Below, one piece after another: positions 1 through 14,480 of a DNA stretch of 64,000 nt. Source of the DNA: Octopus vulgaris (Eukaryota); assembly GCA_951406725.2 (NCBI GenBank), contig OX597834.1:25792001-25856000 (forward strand), given 5' to 3'. A program made the translations under genes and the position numbers. Under the pieces are notes generated by a model. That model ran no database searches and had not been told where the DNA came from. It saw only the letters and a program-made list of their open reading frames with translations. The first letter of the stretch is position 1. Every line of letters starts with the position of its first letter.

Positions 1-1044
1 GAATATCAAGTGTGTACTGGTGTTGCCCCCCCCCCCCACCAGCTGTCACATTCTGGGTGTCCTGTTTTGTCACGAGGGGTGGGGGCTGAATTGCTGAGAT
101 ATCCTGAGATTCTGAAGTGCCGAGAGCAAGATGTAGCCAGTAAGAGATTTTAGTTATCTAGGACATTCACCCCCAGTTGTCTTGACCTAATTTTGCCACT
201 TGATTGAAGACGGTCACGGACAAAAGAGTGAGGTTAATGGTGTGCAACTCTTCTTTATTTTAAACAGTCACTGCTCGTGACTACACAGGTGCCTAAAACA
301 ATTAGTGAAGGCATGTTACCAGATTGTACTTACCTGTTGTTGTTGTTGTTAAGCAACAAGGCAGGTAAGGGTGATTAGGTGATAGTCTAAGGCTTTGGGG
401 CGGGAGACCCCAGACCTTGGAAAAAAAAAAAAAAAACTTTGGTCGTCTTGTTGTAGTTGAGGGCTCTTCGTTGACACCCGACACCACTGGGAGGTGGCCC
501 TCGAAGTCGCTGGAAATGGAGATCTCCAGGTCCAAATTCTTGAACGGTGTACTTACCTGTGAGTAACAGCTGGCTATACTGTGCCTCTCCTATTACATAT
601 GTGTATGTGTGCATGTATCTGTACGTGTGTTTAGGTAAATGTGTGAACATGCATGTTTCTGTGTGTGTGTGTGTGTGTGTGTATTAGCAAAAGCTGTAAA
701 TGCCAATGAGTAAAACTAATAAACTAGTTCTTTCAAACAACAATCTCTTGCATGATGTTTGTTCTGCACCAAATTACACAGACACCCATGCCAGCAAAGA
801 AAGATGGATGTTAAATGATGATGTCAATAATGATGATGATGGCATTATCTTTTGTCATTCATAATATCATAAATACAGTAAACTAGTGACTGATCTGCTG
901 GAAATCTGAAGCTAACAATGCTGCTCTGATCATTGGAGTCCCCACCCCAACTCACTATTCTCAAATCCGTTTTTACAGAACCTAATTTGATTGACGTTGT
1001 TAAACTAAATGGTAACTTATCACCATTTGTTGTCAGTGAGCACA

Positions 1045-1446
1045 TTCTCTTTTACTTGTTTCAGTCATTTGACTGCGGCCATGCTGGAGCACCGCCTTTA
1101 GTCGAGCAAATCGACCCCGGGATTTATTCTTTGTAAGCCCAGTACTTATTCTATCGGTCTCTTTTGCCGAGCCGCTAAGTGACGGGGACGTAAACACACC
1201 AGCATTGGTTGTCAAGCAATGCTAGGGGGACAAGCACAGACACACAAACGCATACACACACATACATATATATATATATACATATATACGACAGGCTTCT
1301 TTCAGTTTCCGTCTACCAAATCCACTCACAAGGCATTGGTCGGCCCGGGGCTATAGCAGAAGACACTTGCCCAAGATGCCACGCAGTGGGACTGAACCCG
1401 GAACCATGTGGTTGGTTAGCAAGCTACTTACCACACAGCCACTCCT
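1045..1446 (-). mobile_element. SINE family A copy
   Basis: Reverse complement of 24736-25140. Confidence 0.9.
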
Positions 1447-3959
1447 GGATACTTGCCTTAGGAATCTCACGTGTCCAGGGGCCCTGGAGTTAGCCTGTGT
1501 ATACAGTGGTAGTGCATGTGAAGACCGGATCTGATGGACTCTGCAGAAGAAACCTTTGTGGTTCAGCAGAAGTGAAAGTGGTTGCAGCCATGCATTGTAA
1601 AGTGCAGAGAGCAAGGTGAGGCAGAAAAAAAAATTTTAGTTATCTATCTATCCTCTGTCATCTTGACCTGGTCTTGCCACTGGATTGAAGATGGTCATAG
1701 ACAAGAGAGCGAGGCTAATGGTGCACAACTCTTCTTCACTCTAAACAATATCACTGCACAAGTCATCAGTCATCCTGAAGGATGACTAGATCATCATTGT
1801 CACTCTGATGAATGAATGTTGATGTAAGAGCCCAGTGCATTGCTATGCTTAGGGGTCAGTGATTCCATTAACATGGCCCTGATTTCTGACATGATGTTTC
1901 TGTGGGATGACGTCAGCAGCCGGGTGCATTGACCGGAAGCTGGGGCAACCGGAAGGGGTCAGCCGTCAGGCGTGCACAGGGAATTGCGCCCTTTCCAACG
2001 TGGGTCGTGCAGGTGACAAGACGTGTGAGGACGTCGCTAAGGGTTTGGGCTAGCAGCTGCTATCGTTAGTGTTCGGGTTGGGGCTGTGTGGAAGGACTAG
2101 TCACAACTGGAGGGTCTCCGTCACTAAGAAGAGAAGGTAGGTGCCTCTATATTCAAATCGCACACACACTACAGTTTCAAGTAAGATTATGTTGAAACCA
2201 CTTCTGACAGATGTTTCTGGTGAATTGTTACCAATCCAGTTTGGTGTTGGTATGTCTCTTGGGTGTGTGGCAGCTGTGCCTACTGCCTTTTGATTCAAAA
2301 TTGATTTATTGTTTAAAAAAAAGCAGTACAGTCCTGCTTTTAAATTTATTGATCTTTTTACCTGATTTTGACTTGGTTAGGGAATAAAAAGAAAACCAAC
2401 TGTTAACATATTAACATTGATTTGTGAAAGAATCTTGTCTGGACAAAACTTTTCTGCCATTGCAGAGTGGGGATTTAGTTTTTAACAGTTCTAAAGACTT
2501 TATGTTGCTGTGTTTCTTGGTGTTCTCCCCTCCTTCCTTGCTTTCTGTGTTCCATATCCTCTCTTGTCTCAACAGGAATTTGAAGCAGGTGACACTAATA
2601 TAGTGAATAAATTTGAATAAGGAATGGCTTTTAATGAAGGCAATGAAAATAGTGTATTGTTCAAATAAGATCTAAATTTTTGTCAATTGTTAATGAATTG
2701 TAGATATGTTGTAATGATCACAATACTTTCTTGGGTTTTAATACTGGTTTCACTGTTGCAATCAATGTTTCTTTTTTTTTTGTTATTTAACCCAAGGTCA
2801 GTCTTAATTCAGTAGACTTAGATCAAAGCCATTCTAACCATGACCACCCCATCTTTTCCAGTGCATCTTTTTTTTCCTTAAGATGGTAGTATTTGATTTG
2901 AATAATATTTAGCTGCTATTTTTAAGTAGGCCAAACAATCACTTAGAGGCTCCTCTGGTTGTTGTTAGTCTGTGGTGGTAGTAGTAGTAGTGGTGATCTG
3001 CCTAAGTTGGGTGGTGGTCGTGGTGTAGTGGTTGATATGGTAGAAAGCTGAACTAAATACCTCAGAATATTATTTAGCTTGATCTCTTTACATTCTTAGT
3101 TCAAATGCTACTGGAGCTTCCATTGCTCTTTATTCTTCTGGTGCAACTAAAATAAGCACCAGTAATATACTGGGGTGGTTTCTATGCCAAATTAAAACAA
3201 ATCAATATTGATTTGTTTCAGTCTGATTTGGCTTGATTTCTATGGCTGGGTGACATTCCTAATGCCAACCACTCCGAGAGTGGGTGCCTTTTACATTTCA
3301 CCAGCACTGGCCACAACCACGATTTCACTTGACTTGATGTGTCTTCTGAAGCACAGCAAATTGCCAAAGGTCTCAGTCACTTGTCATCACCTCCATGAGG
3401 TTCAACATCTGAAGATAATGCTTCACCATAATGCAAGGCAGCAAGCTGGCAGAAATGTTAGCACGCCGGGTGAAATGCTTAGCAGTATTTCATCTGCCAC
3501 TACGTTCTGAGTTCAAATTATGCTGAGGTCGACTTTGCCTTTCATCCTGTCAGGGTCAATTAAATAAGTACCAGTTACGCACTGGGGGCGATATAATCGA
3601 ATTAATCCGTTTGTCTGTCCTTGTTTGTCCTCTCTGTGTTTAGCCCCTTGTGTGTAGTAAAAAAATAGATAATGCTTCACCATTTCATCCCACGTCTTCC
3701 TGGGTCTACCTCTTCCACAAGTTCCCTCCACAGTGAGGAATCAGCACAATCATTATGAATTACTTCAGGCAACCAATCTTTTTTTTGCACACCAGTTTCT
3801 TGTCTGAGCTTAATGTCTTTGGTGGGCTGGTTGCAAAATGTGTGCAGACATGTGCACACATGTATAATTTAGCGGAAACTGCTTATAATAGTTGGAAAGG
3901 AACTATTCATAAACATGGCTTGAAAAAAGAAAAGTACAAAACAAGAGTGAAGTAAGATT

Positions 3960-4930
3960 ATTTAAATTTGCAAAACAACAGAAGCTAATTATAGCAAATA
4001 TGATACATTGGTAGAAATTGCCAAGAAAAATATGCTGGCATTCACCAAGAGGGATATTGAATAACCAGATGGATTTTATTCATATCCAAAACAGATATCA
4101 ATTGAGTATAAATGGAGCTAAAAGTCAAATTTTTCCAAGTACAGATATAGACAACTATCACAGACTTTTAATGATGATAATAACAATTAATTTGTAATTA
4201 ATCAAGAACTAAACTGCAAGAATAAAATATGCTCTTAAAGAAGGTAATGAACAAAATATGATAACAAAATGGAATGATGAAAGTGGGAGGAAAATTCAGA
4301 CTCTTTACATAATCATGAGATGCCAGTGTGCAAGAATTAATAGGAATTTGTTAAGAAATAGTAAGAGTGTTAGCTGGTAAAAGTAAGTTAAGAATCTTAG
4401 CGTAAATAAAGATGTCTTAATCTCAGCTGTGATGAAAGAAGAGGGTTTGAAAGAGAAACAAATGAAAACAAAAAGCAGGAAGAATGGAATCTAGATTGGG
4501 TCGATAGGAAAGAAAGTAAATTAGGGGTGTAAAAGAGAGATGAGTTAATGAAAGATGTGAAGGAATTGGAAGAAATCAGTGAGTAAATAGCTCAAGAAAA
4601 CCACAGTAAATAGTTTAAGATCTAACTAAAGAATTGGTACCTAAATGTCAAGCTGTTGAAGATAATTACAGCAACCTAGAATGCAAAGCCAATGAGGTAA
4701 AGTGATAGTTGTAGATAATACTGGAATATACATTACAACCACAACAAAACAGAGATGGGTGTTAGTGTTAGTAGTGTGGCACAACAAACAAGATGCAGGG
4801 AATAGCTATGTGCAACAAGAGGTAGAAATTACTTCAAAAGATATTTGATAAGGAATTAGCAAACTAGAATGTAATAAATCACCTGGAACAGGTAATATAA
4901 ATAGAGAACTGTTAAAGCAAGTGCCTTCTA
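3960..4930 (+). pseudogene. Degraded APE-endonuclease/RT LINE fragment (RTE-like)
   Basis: Remnant motifs NQMDFI (about 4063), DIDNYHRLL (SDH region, about 4144) and KSPGTGNINRELLK (about 4876). 4455-4590 is duplicated at about 7340-7503. Confidence 0.5.
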
Positions 4931-5092
4931 CTATAGTCTCAACCTGACCAATTTAATTAGGGCCTGTGCCCTAATTAAATGAGCAGGTGATGCAGTTGGT
5001 TAAACACTTGAATCCTCATCAATGAAACTAATGAAGAACCCTCCATACATATGTGTCTGTGTTTATGTATCTTTTGCTTGTTTCAGTCATTA

Positions 5093-5751
5093 GACTGTGG
5101 CCATACTGGGGCACTGCCTTTGAGAATTTTTTTTTTTTAGTCAAACGAATTGACCCCAGTAATTATTTTTTTAAGCCTGGCACTTATTCTCTCAGACCCT
5201 TTTTTTCCAAACCACTATGTTACAGGGATGTAAACACACCAGCACCAGTTGTCAAGCAATGGGGGTGTGGTGGGAGACAGACACAAAGATACACACACAT
5301 ACACATATATCATCATCATCGTTTAACATCCGTTCTCCATGCTAGCATGGGTTGGACGGTTCGACCGGGGATCTGGGAAGCCAGAAGGCTGCACCAGGCT
5401 CCAGTCTGATCTGGCTATGTTTCTACAGCTGGATGCCCTTCCTAACGCCAACCACTCCATGAGTGTAGTGGGTGCTTTTTACGTGCCACCTGCACTGGTG
5501 CCAGGCGAGGCTGGCGTCGGCCACGGTCGGATTGGTGCATTTTACGTGCCACCTGCACGGAAGCCAGTCGAGGCAGCACTGGTTTCTATATATATACGAT
5601 AGTCTTCTTTCAGTTTCCATCTGCCAAATCCACTCACAAGGCTTTGGTTGGCCCAATGCTATAGTAGAAGACACTTGCTCAAGGTGCCATGCAGTAGGAT
5701 TGAACCTGGAACCATGTGGTCGGGAAGCAAGTTTCTTACCACACAGCCACA
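5093..5751 (-). mobile_element. SINE family A copy with a family C SINE nested at about 5310-5582
   Basis: Family A halves flank a catcatcat-tailed element inserted in the internal microsatellite. Confidence 0.8.
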
Positions 5752-6632
5752 CTAAATGGGAGTTTCTATATTTCATTCTGCCCCAATCCACCCTCCCTCC
5801 CTCCCTCAACTGACGTAGGTAGTGTGTTCTATGTTTCATGCCCTACATTTATATAATATCCTGGTTTCTGCTTTTGTCATGTTCTGTTTTTACTTCAACA
5901 TGTTGTTACAAGATGTCATTTATGCATGAATGCTTGCTTTTCTGTTTACCTACTGGCCTCGTCTCCCTTGTCTATCTTCTCTCTCTCTCTCTCTCTCTCT
6001 TTCCTTCGTCTTTCAATACATATGTATGTGCAATTATGATGATTTATGTGTATGTGCATGCGTGTGTAAGTGTATGTGCACAGATGTTAGTGTCTTCACA
6101 CACTCACTCACAAACGTACACCAGTGTTGTGTGTGTGTGTGTGTTTATGAATACACAAGCACACATACACTAACAATCCATCACAAATATGTGAATTTCT
6201 TTTCTTAAATGAGAACTACAATACTTTCTTCAGTCTTGTATTGAAGAAAATAGCGCACACTGCAATGAATTCTTGAACGCCCAGAATTCCTGTGTTCATG
6301 TATGGAGATACCCTCAGATGACATAGATATCATGGAAGATTATCTACTTTCAGCTATTAATGGTTTACATTCAAACTCTGAACTAGAAAAACCAAAGGCT
6401 TTCCCAGCCATACTCTTTGAAATGTGCAAAAATAGCCCAACCATTCCATTTGAGATACTATTCCAAAGCTCTCTCGAGACAAGAATATATCCTGATCTAC
6501 TGAAAGAATCAACAGTAACAGCCATCCTCAATGGAGATGGCATGGTTAGGGCTAAAAATTAGCTTCTCTCTCATCCCACACATGTATGATTGTTAAATGC
6601 TTTTTCCAAAATAGAATAATTGACTATCTAAT

Positions 6633-7322
6633 CAGTGGTTCTTGACTGGGGTCTATATGGCCCATCAGGAGTCCGTATAAGATTTTGTTAAAATTTATGT
6701 GCAAATAAATTACATATAATTCTACCATACGCAAAATATTTTAACAAGTCTTTTTAAACAATTCCTTATAATATTTAAGTATACATACATCAAGTACATC
6801 AACATAAAAAATCAATGGAAATTGAAGTTGTGATCCCTGTGCTGGTGGCACATGAAAAGCAACATCCGAATGTGGACGATGTCAACGCCGCCTTGACTGG
6901 CTTCCATGCTGGTGGCACGTAAAAAGCACCATCCAAACGTGGCCAATGCCAGCGCCACCTTGACTGGCTTCCATGCCAGTGGCACGTAAAAAGCACCAAC
7001 CGATCGTGGCCATTGCCAGCCTCGCCTGGCACCTGTGCTGGTGGCACGTAAAATGCACCCACTACACTCATGGAGTGGTTGGCGTTAGGAAGGGCATCCA
7101 GCTGTAGAAATACTGCCAGATCAGACTGGAGCCTGGTGCAACCTTCTGGCTTCCCAGACCCCGGTCGAACTGTCCAACCCATGCTAGCATGGAAAACGGA
7201 CCTTAAACGACGATGATGATGATGATGAAAAACAGGAATTTCTAGATATCAAATGGTTATGAGGGTCTCTCATAAATAGGATTTAAAGGAGTCCATAGGC
7301 AAAAAATGGTTGAGAGCCACTG
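6633..7322. mobile_element. hAT/Charlie-like MITE split by a SINE insertion
   Basis: Termini CAGTGGTTCTTGAC ... GTTGAGAGCCACTG; no clean TSD seen. A related left end is at about 13049-13190. Confidence 0.55.
6800..7227 (+). mobile_element. SINE family C copy
   Basis: Internal repeats with ggtggcacgtaaaaagcacc and a tail ending gatgatgatgatg. Further (-) copies at about 31317-31760, 39439-39940, 43797-44130 and 56310-56780. Confidence 0.85.
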
Positions 7323-8959
7323 ATCTGGAGGAAACAGGTTGTGAAAGAAATGAATTTGAAAGAAACATATGAAAACAGAATGTAGGAGAAATGGAATCTA
7401 GATTGGATGATAGGAAAGTAGGAAAAAAGGTAAATTAGGGGAGTAAAAGAGAGATGGGCTGATGAAAGATGTAAAAGAATTGGAGAAATCAAAGAGTAAA
7501 TAACTTGATAAAAACACACCAAATATTTTAAGTATGGTCTTTGCACAGGACAAGTTTGCTTGATACAACGACTGTAACATCATAACACCATACTTAATAA
7601 TCTCTTAAGGCATGTGGACACTATCTGTACATGCCTTGATTTTGTTACAACTTTTAATAAGATTTTTAAGAGAAATCATCTGTTGTCCATCAAGCAATAT
7701 TGGTATAAGTGGAAAAAAGTTGATGACTCTGAGATTTTACAAAATAGATATCAGTCTGTTGTTGCCAACAGACTTCTCTCTGCTGAGACCTTGTAATATG
7801 TTGTGTACCTCAAAGCACTGTTTTAGGACTGCTGTTGTTTATTGATACGTTATCAGGTATAAGTTTATAGGTATTCGTAACCATGTTTTGAATTATGCAA
7901 ATGATATGAAAATATTGACAGTGGTCAAAACTGCAAATGATATTAGCACACTTTAGAATGAGCTACACCCTTCATCAGCTGTTTCACTAAGGATTCTAGT
8001 AGTTTTGATGCCTGAGACAGAACAACATACTTTAGGAGGCTCAGCAATCATTGGATACATTTATATGACAATTAATACAGTGGAGATGAAGCACAAAAGA
8101 CAAGATGATGATGTCTTAGGAACTGGGATGAAGAAAATAGATGAACAGAAAAGAAATGTACTGCTAAGACTAGCACCAAAAATATAGGGCAACTTACAAT
8201 AACATTAAATATGTCTTTTATGATGAAAATAAAATATTAGTTAAGGTAAAAAAAACCAACCCAAATCAAATAATAACAGCTTTAGATATATACACACACA
8301 CATATATGTATGTATATACATACATATACAGACACATGCACACATGTTTGTGCAAGTGAGTATATATATTTACATGCATATATATTTACATCATTCTTCA
8401 TATTTCAAGTTAGAAATTCCTCCTGTCTTCTGCTCTGAATATCTTGCTAGAACCAGTTAGTTCTTTGAACAAGTTATTTCCAGCTACTGTACGTGCATGC
8501 ATGTATGTGTGTGTATGCGTGTGTGTGTGTATGCGTGTGTGTATGTGTGTGTGTGCATGTGTATGTGCATGTGCATATATATATATAGCTATATTTAGTA
8601 CAAGTATGTATGATTATACTTGTATGTATATGTGTGTGTGTATACCTGTGATATACATATATATATACATACATACATACATATACATATATATATAGCT
8701 ATATTTCGTACAAATATGTATGATTATATTTGTACATGTATGCATATATGTGTGTGTGTGTGTGTGCGTACACCTGTAATATATATATATATATACATAC
8801 ATATACAGACACATGCACACATGTTTGTGCAAGTGAGTATATATATTTACATGCATATATATTTACATCATTCTTCATATTTCAAGTTAGAAATTCCTCC
8901 TGTATATATATATATACATACATACATACACATACATACATACATACATACATACACAT

Positions 8960-8992
<33 letters not shown>

Positions 8993-9354
8993 TACTCACA
9001 CACATACATACATACATATACCTCTCCCACACATCTAGGAAACAGTTCTAGAAAGAACCAACTTGTTGTATCAGCCAAACTACCTGCCTTTCTGCTTCTC
9101 TTTTACTCTTGAGGTTGCTGTCTTTAAAAACATCCGCAGATGCTAAGTTCACTCTCCATCAACCCTAATTAGCTCTCCCCATCTCTTCCCGACCTCTCAT
9201 TCACCTGATGACTCTGCGTAAAGTTTTGTCAATTATAACAAACTCTCTTGTCAAGCCATTTACAATCCAACAATATTGTTTTTGATTTTATATGGTAAAT
9301 TCCAAACAGACAGTCATGTTCTTCCTTACTAGCTCTCCCCTAACCCTACTTTAT

Positions 9355-11186
9355 CTATTTCTTTACTACCCATAAGGGGCTAAACACAGGGGGGACAAAC
9401 AAGGACAGCCAAATGGATTAAGTCGATTATATCAACCCCAGTGCGTTACTGGTACTTATTTAATCGACCCCGAAAGGATGAAAGGCAAAGTCAACCTCGG
9501 CGGAATTTGAACTCAGAACGTAACGGCAGACGAAATACCGCTAAGCATTTCGCCCGACGTGCCCTACTTTATCATTTGTCCCTTCTCCTGCCCCCATGTA
9601 TTTTCATATGTCCACTGCTCCATGCTGACATGGGTTAGGCTTTTTGAGACAATCTTTGGTCATTTATTATAGCATATGGCTTAGTGATTAGGACATTGGG
9701 CTCCCTATCTTGGGGTAGTAAGTTTGATTCCCAGACTGGGCTGTGTGTTGTGTTCTTGAGCAAGACACTTTATTTCACATTTGCTCCAGTTCACTCGTCT
9801 GTAGAAATGAGTTGCAATGTCACTGGTGCCAAGCTGTATCGGTCTATATATATGTATACATACATATATATAGATATACATACATATACACTCACACACA
9901 TATATATATATATATTTCTTTACTACCTACAAGGGGCTAAACACAGAGAGGACGAACAAGGACAGACAAACGGATTAAGTTGAATACATCGACCCCAGTA
10001 CGTAACTGATACTTAATTTATCGACCCCGAAAGGATGAAAGGCAAAGTCGACCTCGGCGGAATTTGAACTCAGAACGTAACGGCAGTCGAAATACGGCAA
10101 CGCATTTCGCCCGACGTGCTAACGGTTCTGCCAGCTCGCCATATAAACACACATACACACACACACACTGACTGTGTATTCCAAAAAAAACATGTCTCCT
10201 TAATGTAATTTTCAGGATAAATCAGAGTGATGTGATATGTGATACAAGACTGGATCTTCTGAGTTCAAATCCCGCCGAGGTCGACTTTGCCTTTCATCCT
10301 TTCGGGGTCAATAAATAAAGTACCAGTTTCGCACTGGGGTCAATGTAATCGACTTAATCCCTTTGTCTGTCCTTGTTTGTCCCCTCTATGTTTAGCCCCT
10401 TGTGGGCAGCAAAGAAATATATGAACAAGACTGAATAACAGTTACAATCCATCCAATGGACTTCTGCACAGTTTTCATATTTCTAATTTCATTGACAAGA
10501 CTTGACCCAAGGCAATGACAGAAGACACTTGACTGAGATGATATGTAGTGGGACTGAACCCGGGACCTTGTGATTGCAAAGCTAACTTCTTAACCATTTG
10601 GCCATACTGTATCTGTATGTATACATACATACATGCATGTTTGTGATTGCATATGTATGTATGTATGTGTGAGAGTATATCTCATGATCATGTAACTACC
10701 GGACTATCATATGTTGTTACACACCGCTGGTCACATTGCACTTTGCATTGTTTTAAATTTTGAACGATGCCACCCTGCAGGCTACGTGTGCAGGCCAACA
10801 TTCACCCTGATTGAAAGGAGGACTGGAGCTAAGTGGAATGAAGTGTATTGCTCAAGAACAGAGTGCACTGCCTGGCATGGGAGTCAAGCCCACAATCTAA
10901 CAACATGGGTACAACAGCCTAATCATATCCCTTCACCTTAATATCTATATCTATCTATTTCTTTACTAGCCCACAAGGGGCTAAACACAGAGAGGACAAA
11001 CAAGGACAGACAAACAGATTAAGTCGATTATATCAACCTCAGTGCGTAATTGGTACTTATTTAATCGACCCCGAAAGGATGAAAGGCAAAGTTGACCTCG
11101 GCGGAATTTGAACTCAGAACATAGCGGCAGACAATACCGCTAAGCATTTCACCCGACGTGCTAACGTTTCTGCCAGCTCACCACCT
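9355..11186. mobile_element. Cluster of family B SINEs: 9355-9562(-), 9914-10140(-), 10255-10420(+), 10957-11186(-)
   Basis: Four copies of the same unit (up to about 230 bp) within 1.8 kb. Confidence 0.85.
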
Positions 11187-11208
11187 TATCTATCTATCTA
11201 TCTTTCTA

Positions 11209-11239
<31 letters not shown>

Positions 11240-11599
11240 AAGATATATTGAAATATATAAATAGATAGGTATAGGTATATATATGTCCATATAATTATTT
11301 AAATAGAGATAAAAATAACTTTATGAAATTTTGCTACGTCAATAGTTTCCTCTTTGCAATCCTGTTCATGTGAAGGATTCTCTAAAGGATCGGTGCTTCC
11401 TTTGTGTTATACCAATGTAGGTATGTATGTATGTATGTATGTATGTGTGTGTGTATGTATGTATGTATATGTGTGTGTGTATGTATGTATGTATGTATTT
11501 GTGTGTGTGTGTGTATGTATATATGTATGCATGCACGTATGTATGTGTGTATGTATGTATCAATCAAAATGTATATATAAATATGTATTTATATAATTA

Positions 11600-11638
<39 letters not shown>

Positions 11639-13193
11639 CTATCTTAGAACATATTTGCATACTTTTAGACTCTTCACTTACTCCTTGATGGAATTCTTAT
11701 CAAGGAAATTTGGGTGTTTTTCGGACAAACCTCTTGTAATGACATCAACAAAACACTTCCTCCAAACACATTCCTAAATATTTCTTGAAACTTTTGGAAG
11801 TTTCAGGCGTAAGGGCACAGGCATGGCTGTGTGGTAAGAAGCTTGCTTTCCAACCTGGTGGTTCTGGGTTCTGTTCCACTGCATACCATCTTGGGCAGGT
11901 GTCTTCTATATCATCTCAAGTTGTGTGTGTGTGTGTCTGTGTGTCTCCAACCACTGCTTGACAGCTGGTGTTGTTGTTTTTATGTCCCCATAATATAGCA
12001 ATTTAACAAAAGAGACTCATAGAGGAGGTACCAAGCTTAAAAAATGAGTCCTATGATCAATTTGTGCCACAGTCTAATGACAAACAGGTAAAACATAAAG
12101 GATATATTTTTATTTCCCTAATGGTGAATCCACAAAGTGGTTGCTCCATATGCTAGAAGTAGCAGCCAAATCTCAACTGAAATCACACTGTACCCTCTTT
12201 AAAAAGAGCTGTGGTAGGTCAAATAATGTAACCTTTAAAAAAAAACAAAAAAAATTAAGTTCATGTCAATAAAGGTGGTGCTCCAGCTTGGCTTTAACTA
12301 TGAGGGATAAACCAAATTAAAGAACTGTAAAACACAATATTATTTTGTATTTTCTTTACTTGTTTTTGTCCTAGGAGTGTGACCATGCTGGGGCATCACC
12401 TTGAAGAATTTAGTCAAGCAAAGTACTTATTTTTAAGTTTGGGGCTGATTTGGTGAACCTCTAAGTTACAGAAGCATAAACAAACCAACACACACACACC
12501 ACACACATGATGGACTTTGCACAGTTTCCATCTACCAAATTCATTCAAAATGTTTTGGTTGGCCCAGGTCTGTATGAATAAGACAGCCAAAGTGTCTTCA
12601 TGTAGTCCCAGGGTTGATTGAGGCCTTGCGAGTGCTGATAAAAGAACACACATAGAAAAAAACTCTAATGTGCTGCTATTTCTAACACTTCAAACAACCA
12701 TAGACAGGAGCCTCACTGTGTGATAGCTTGGATTGTTAAAAATAGCAGCCCTTAGGCATCAACGTCATCAAAAACATATTCAAAGGAAACATTGAATGAT
12801 GCAACCTTTGATATCCTACGTCTTTACAATTAAAAAAAAGCGGAATGTTTACAACTGGAATAGCTTCAGTCACAGATCACAGGATTGGCAATGACCTGGG
12901 ACTAAATAACAACTGCTGACAAGACAATGACAGAGTCCCTGTATCAGCAGTTTTTAACCTGCTAGAAATAGCAGGCAAAGCCTTTGATAATCACCTACTG
13001 TCTTTAAAAGTTAAGAATCAACAACATTATCATCGTTATCATTTACATCAGTGATTTTCAACCAGGGTCCATATAGCCCTTGGGGATCCATTTAAGATTT
13101 TGTTGTAAAACTTTATCTGCAATAAATTGGTTATGCTTCTAAGGTATACAAAATATTTCAAAAATTTTTTTGTACAATTCCTAATTATATATA

Positions 13194-13557
13194 CTCTCTT
13201 TTACTCTTTTACTTGTTTCAGTCATTTGACTGCGGCCATGCTGAAGCACCGCCTTTAGTCGAGCAAATCGACCCCAAGACTTATTCTTTGGAAGCCTAGT
13301 ACTTATTCTATCGGTCTCTTTTGCCGAACCGCTAAGTTACAGGAACGTAAACACACCAGTATCGGTTGTCAAGTGATGTTGGGGGACAAACACAGACATA
13401 CAAACATATACACATATACATGTATATATATATATACGACAGGCTTCTTTCAGTTTCCGTCTACCAAATCCACTCACAAGGCTTTGGTCGGCCCGAGGCT
13501 ATAGTAGAAGACACTTGCCCAAGGTGCCACACAATGGGACTGAACCCGGAACCATGT
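13194..13557 (-). mobile_element. SINE family A copy
   Basis: Sequence identity to the family by eye. Confidence 0.88.
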
Positions 13558-13837
13558 GAGAGGGTCCATCTGATTCAAATGGGAATTAAAGGGGTCTATA
13601 AGTAAAAAGTGGTTTATATCCATCTTCCATGCAGGTATGGATTAGATGGTCCAACAGGATCCAAGGAGCTAAAGGTTCGCATCAAACTCCAGTACCTGCT
13701 TTGCATGGTTTCTATAGCTGGATGCCCAATCTTAGATATTATAGTATGTCTGGCAAAAAAAAAAAAAAGAAATGGTAGAAAAGAGAAAATGACAGGATGG
13801 TCATGGTTAGAACATCTTTTGTCATATGTCTGCTGGA

Positions 13838-14165
13838 TAATAATAATAATAATAATTGTGTACAGTGCTCAGGTGCACTACAACTCATCTAAAGTGTATA
13901 TATAATCAGGTGTAGTTTCGACGGATTTCGGGAAGCATGAGGGCCTTAAAGGATGCAGTGTCATGGCAGTCAACAACTGATGCAGGCAGTTTATTCCACG
14001 CTTCAGCAACCCTGAGCATGAAAAAATGTTTCCGAAAGTCATGGGAGCTGTGCTGTTTTCTGACTTTGTAGGCATGTCCACGTGTGTTAGACACATGGAG
14101 ATCAAAAAGGTGTTCAGTGTTGTTGTTGGTGAGGTGGTTGATAACCTTGTGGGTGTTTAACCTAT
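13838..14165 (-). mobile_element. 3' end of a CR1/L2-group LINE
   Basis: TRGHAYKVRKQHSSHDFRKHFFMLRVAEAWNKLPASVV is the CR1-type ORF2 C-terminus, followed by a short 3'UTR and an (ATT)n tail. The same tail recurs as a stub at about 20480-20553. Confidence 0.85.
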
Positions 14166-14369
14166 GGTTAAACAACAATAGCAGCAACAACAGATAGTAG
14201 GTTAGTATTTTACTCAAGTATTTTCAAGAGTGTCAAGTACCACTTAGTTGATAGACCTTATGTCTTCTTTACTGTATTGTGTTCTTTGATGTGCAATATT
14301 ATACCACAATCTTATATCATGACGCTGAAAGTATGTATAGCTTGCATCTCTCTTACTCATACACCCATA

Positions 14370-14437
14370 CATATATATATGTGTGTGTGTATGTATATAT
14401 GTGTATACATATGTATATGTGTATATGTATGTGTGTG

Positions 14438-14480
<43 letters not shown>

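Larger units (their letters stand above)
6230..7970 (+). pseudogene. Fragmented ancient CR1-like LINE reverse transcriptase, interrupted by a MITE, a SINE and an RTE piece
   Basis: 6302-6562 gives ILFQSSLETRIYPDLLKESTVTAI (like ..IFNKSLETG.VP..WK.A.VTPI). 7614 gives DTICTCLDFVTTFNKI (like ..YLDFSKAFDKV). About 7891 gives NYANDMKI (like YADD.KI). Confidence 0.55.

Noticed and set aside
2576-2588. Microexon after a good polypyrimidine tract (ctcaacag|GAATTTGAAGCAG|gtgaca)
   Set aside because: 13 nt would shift the frame, the donor is weak, and there is no homology support.
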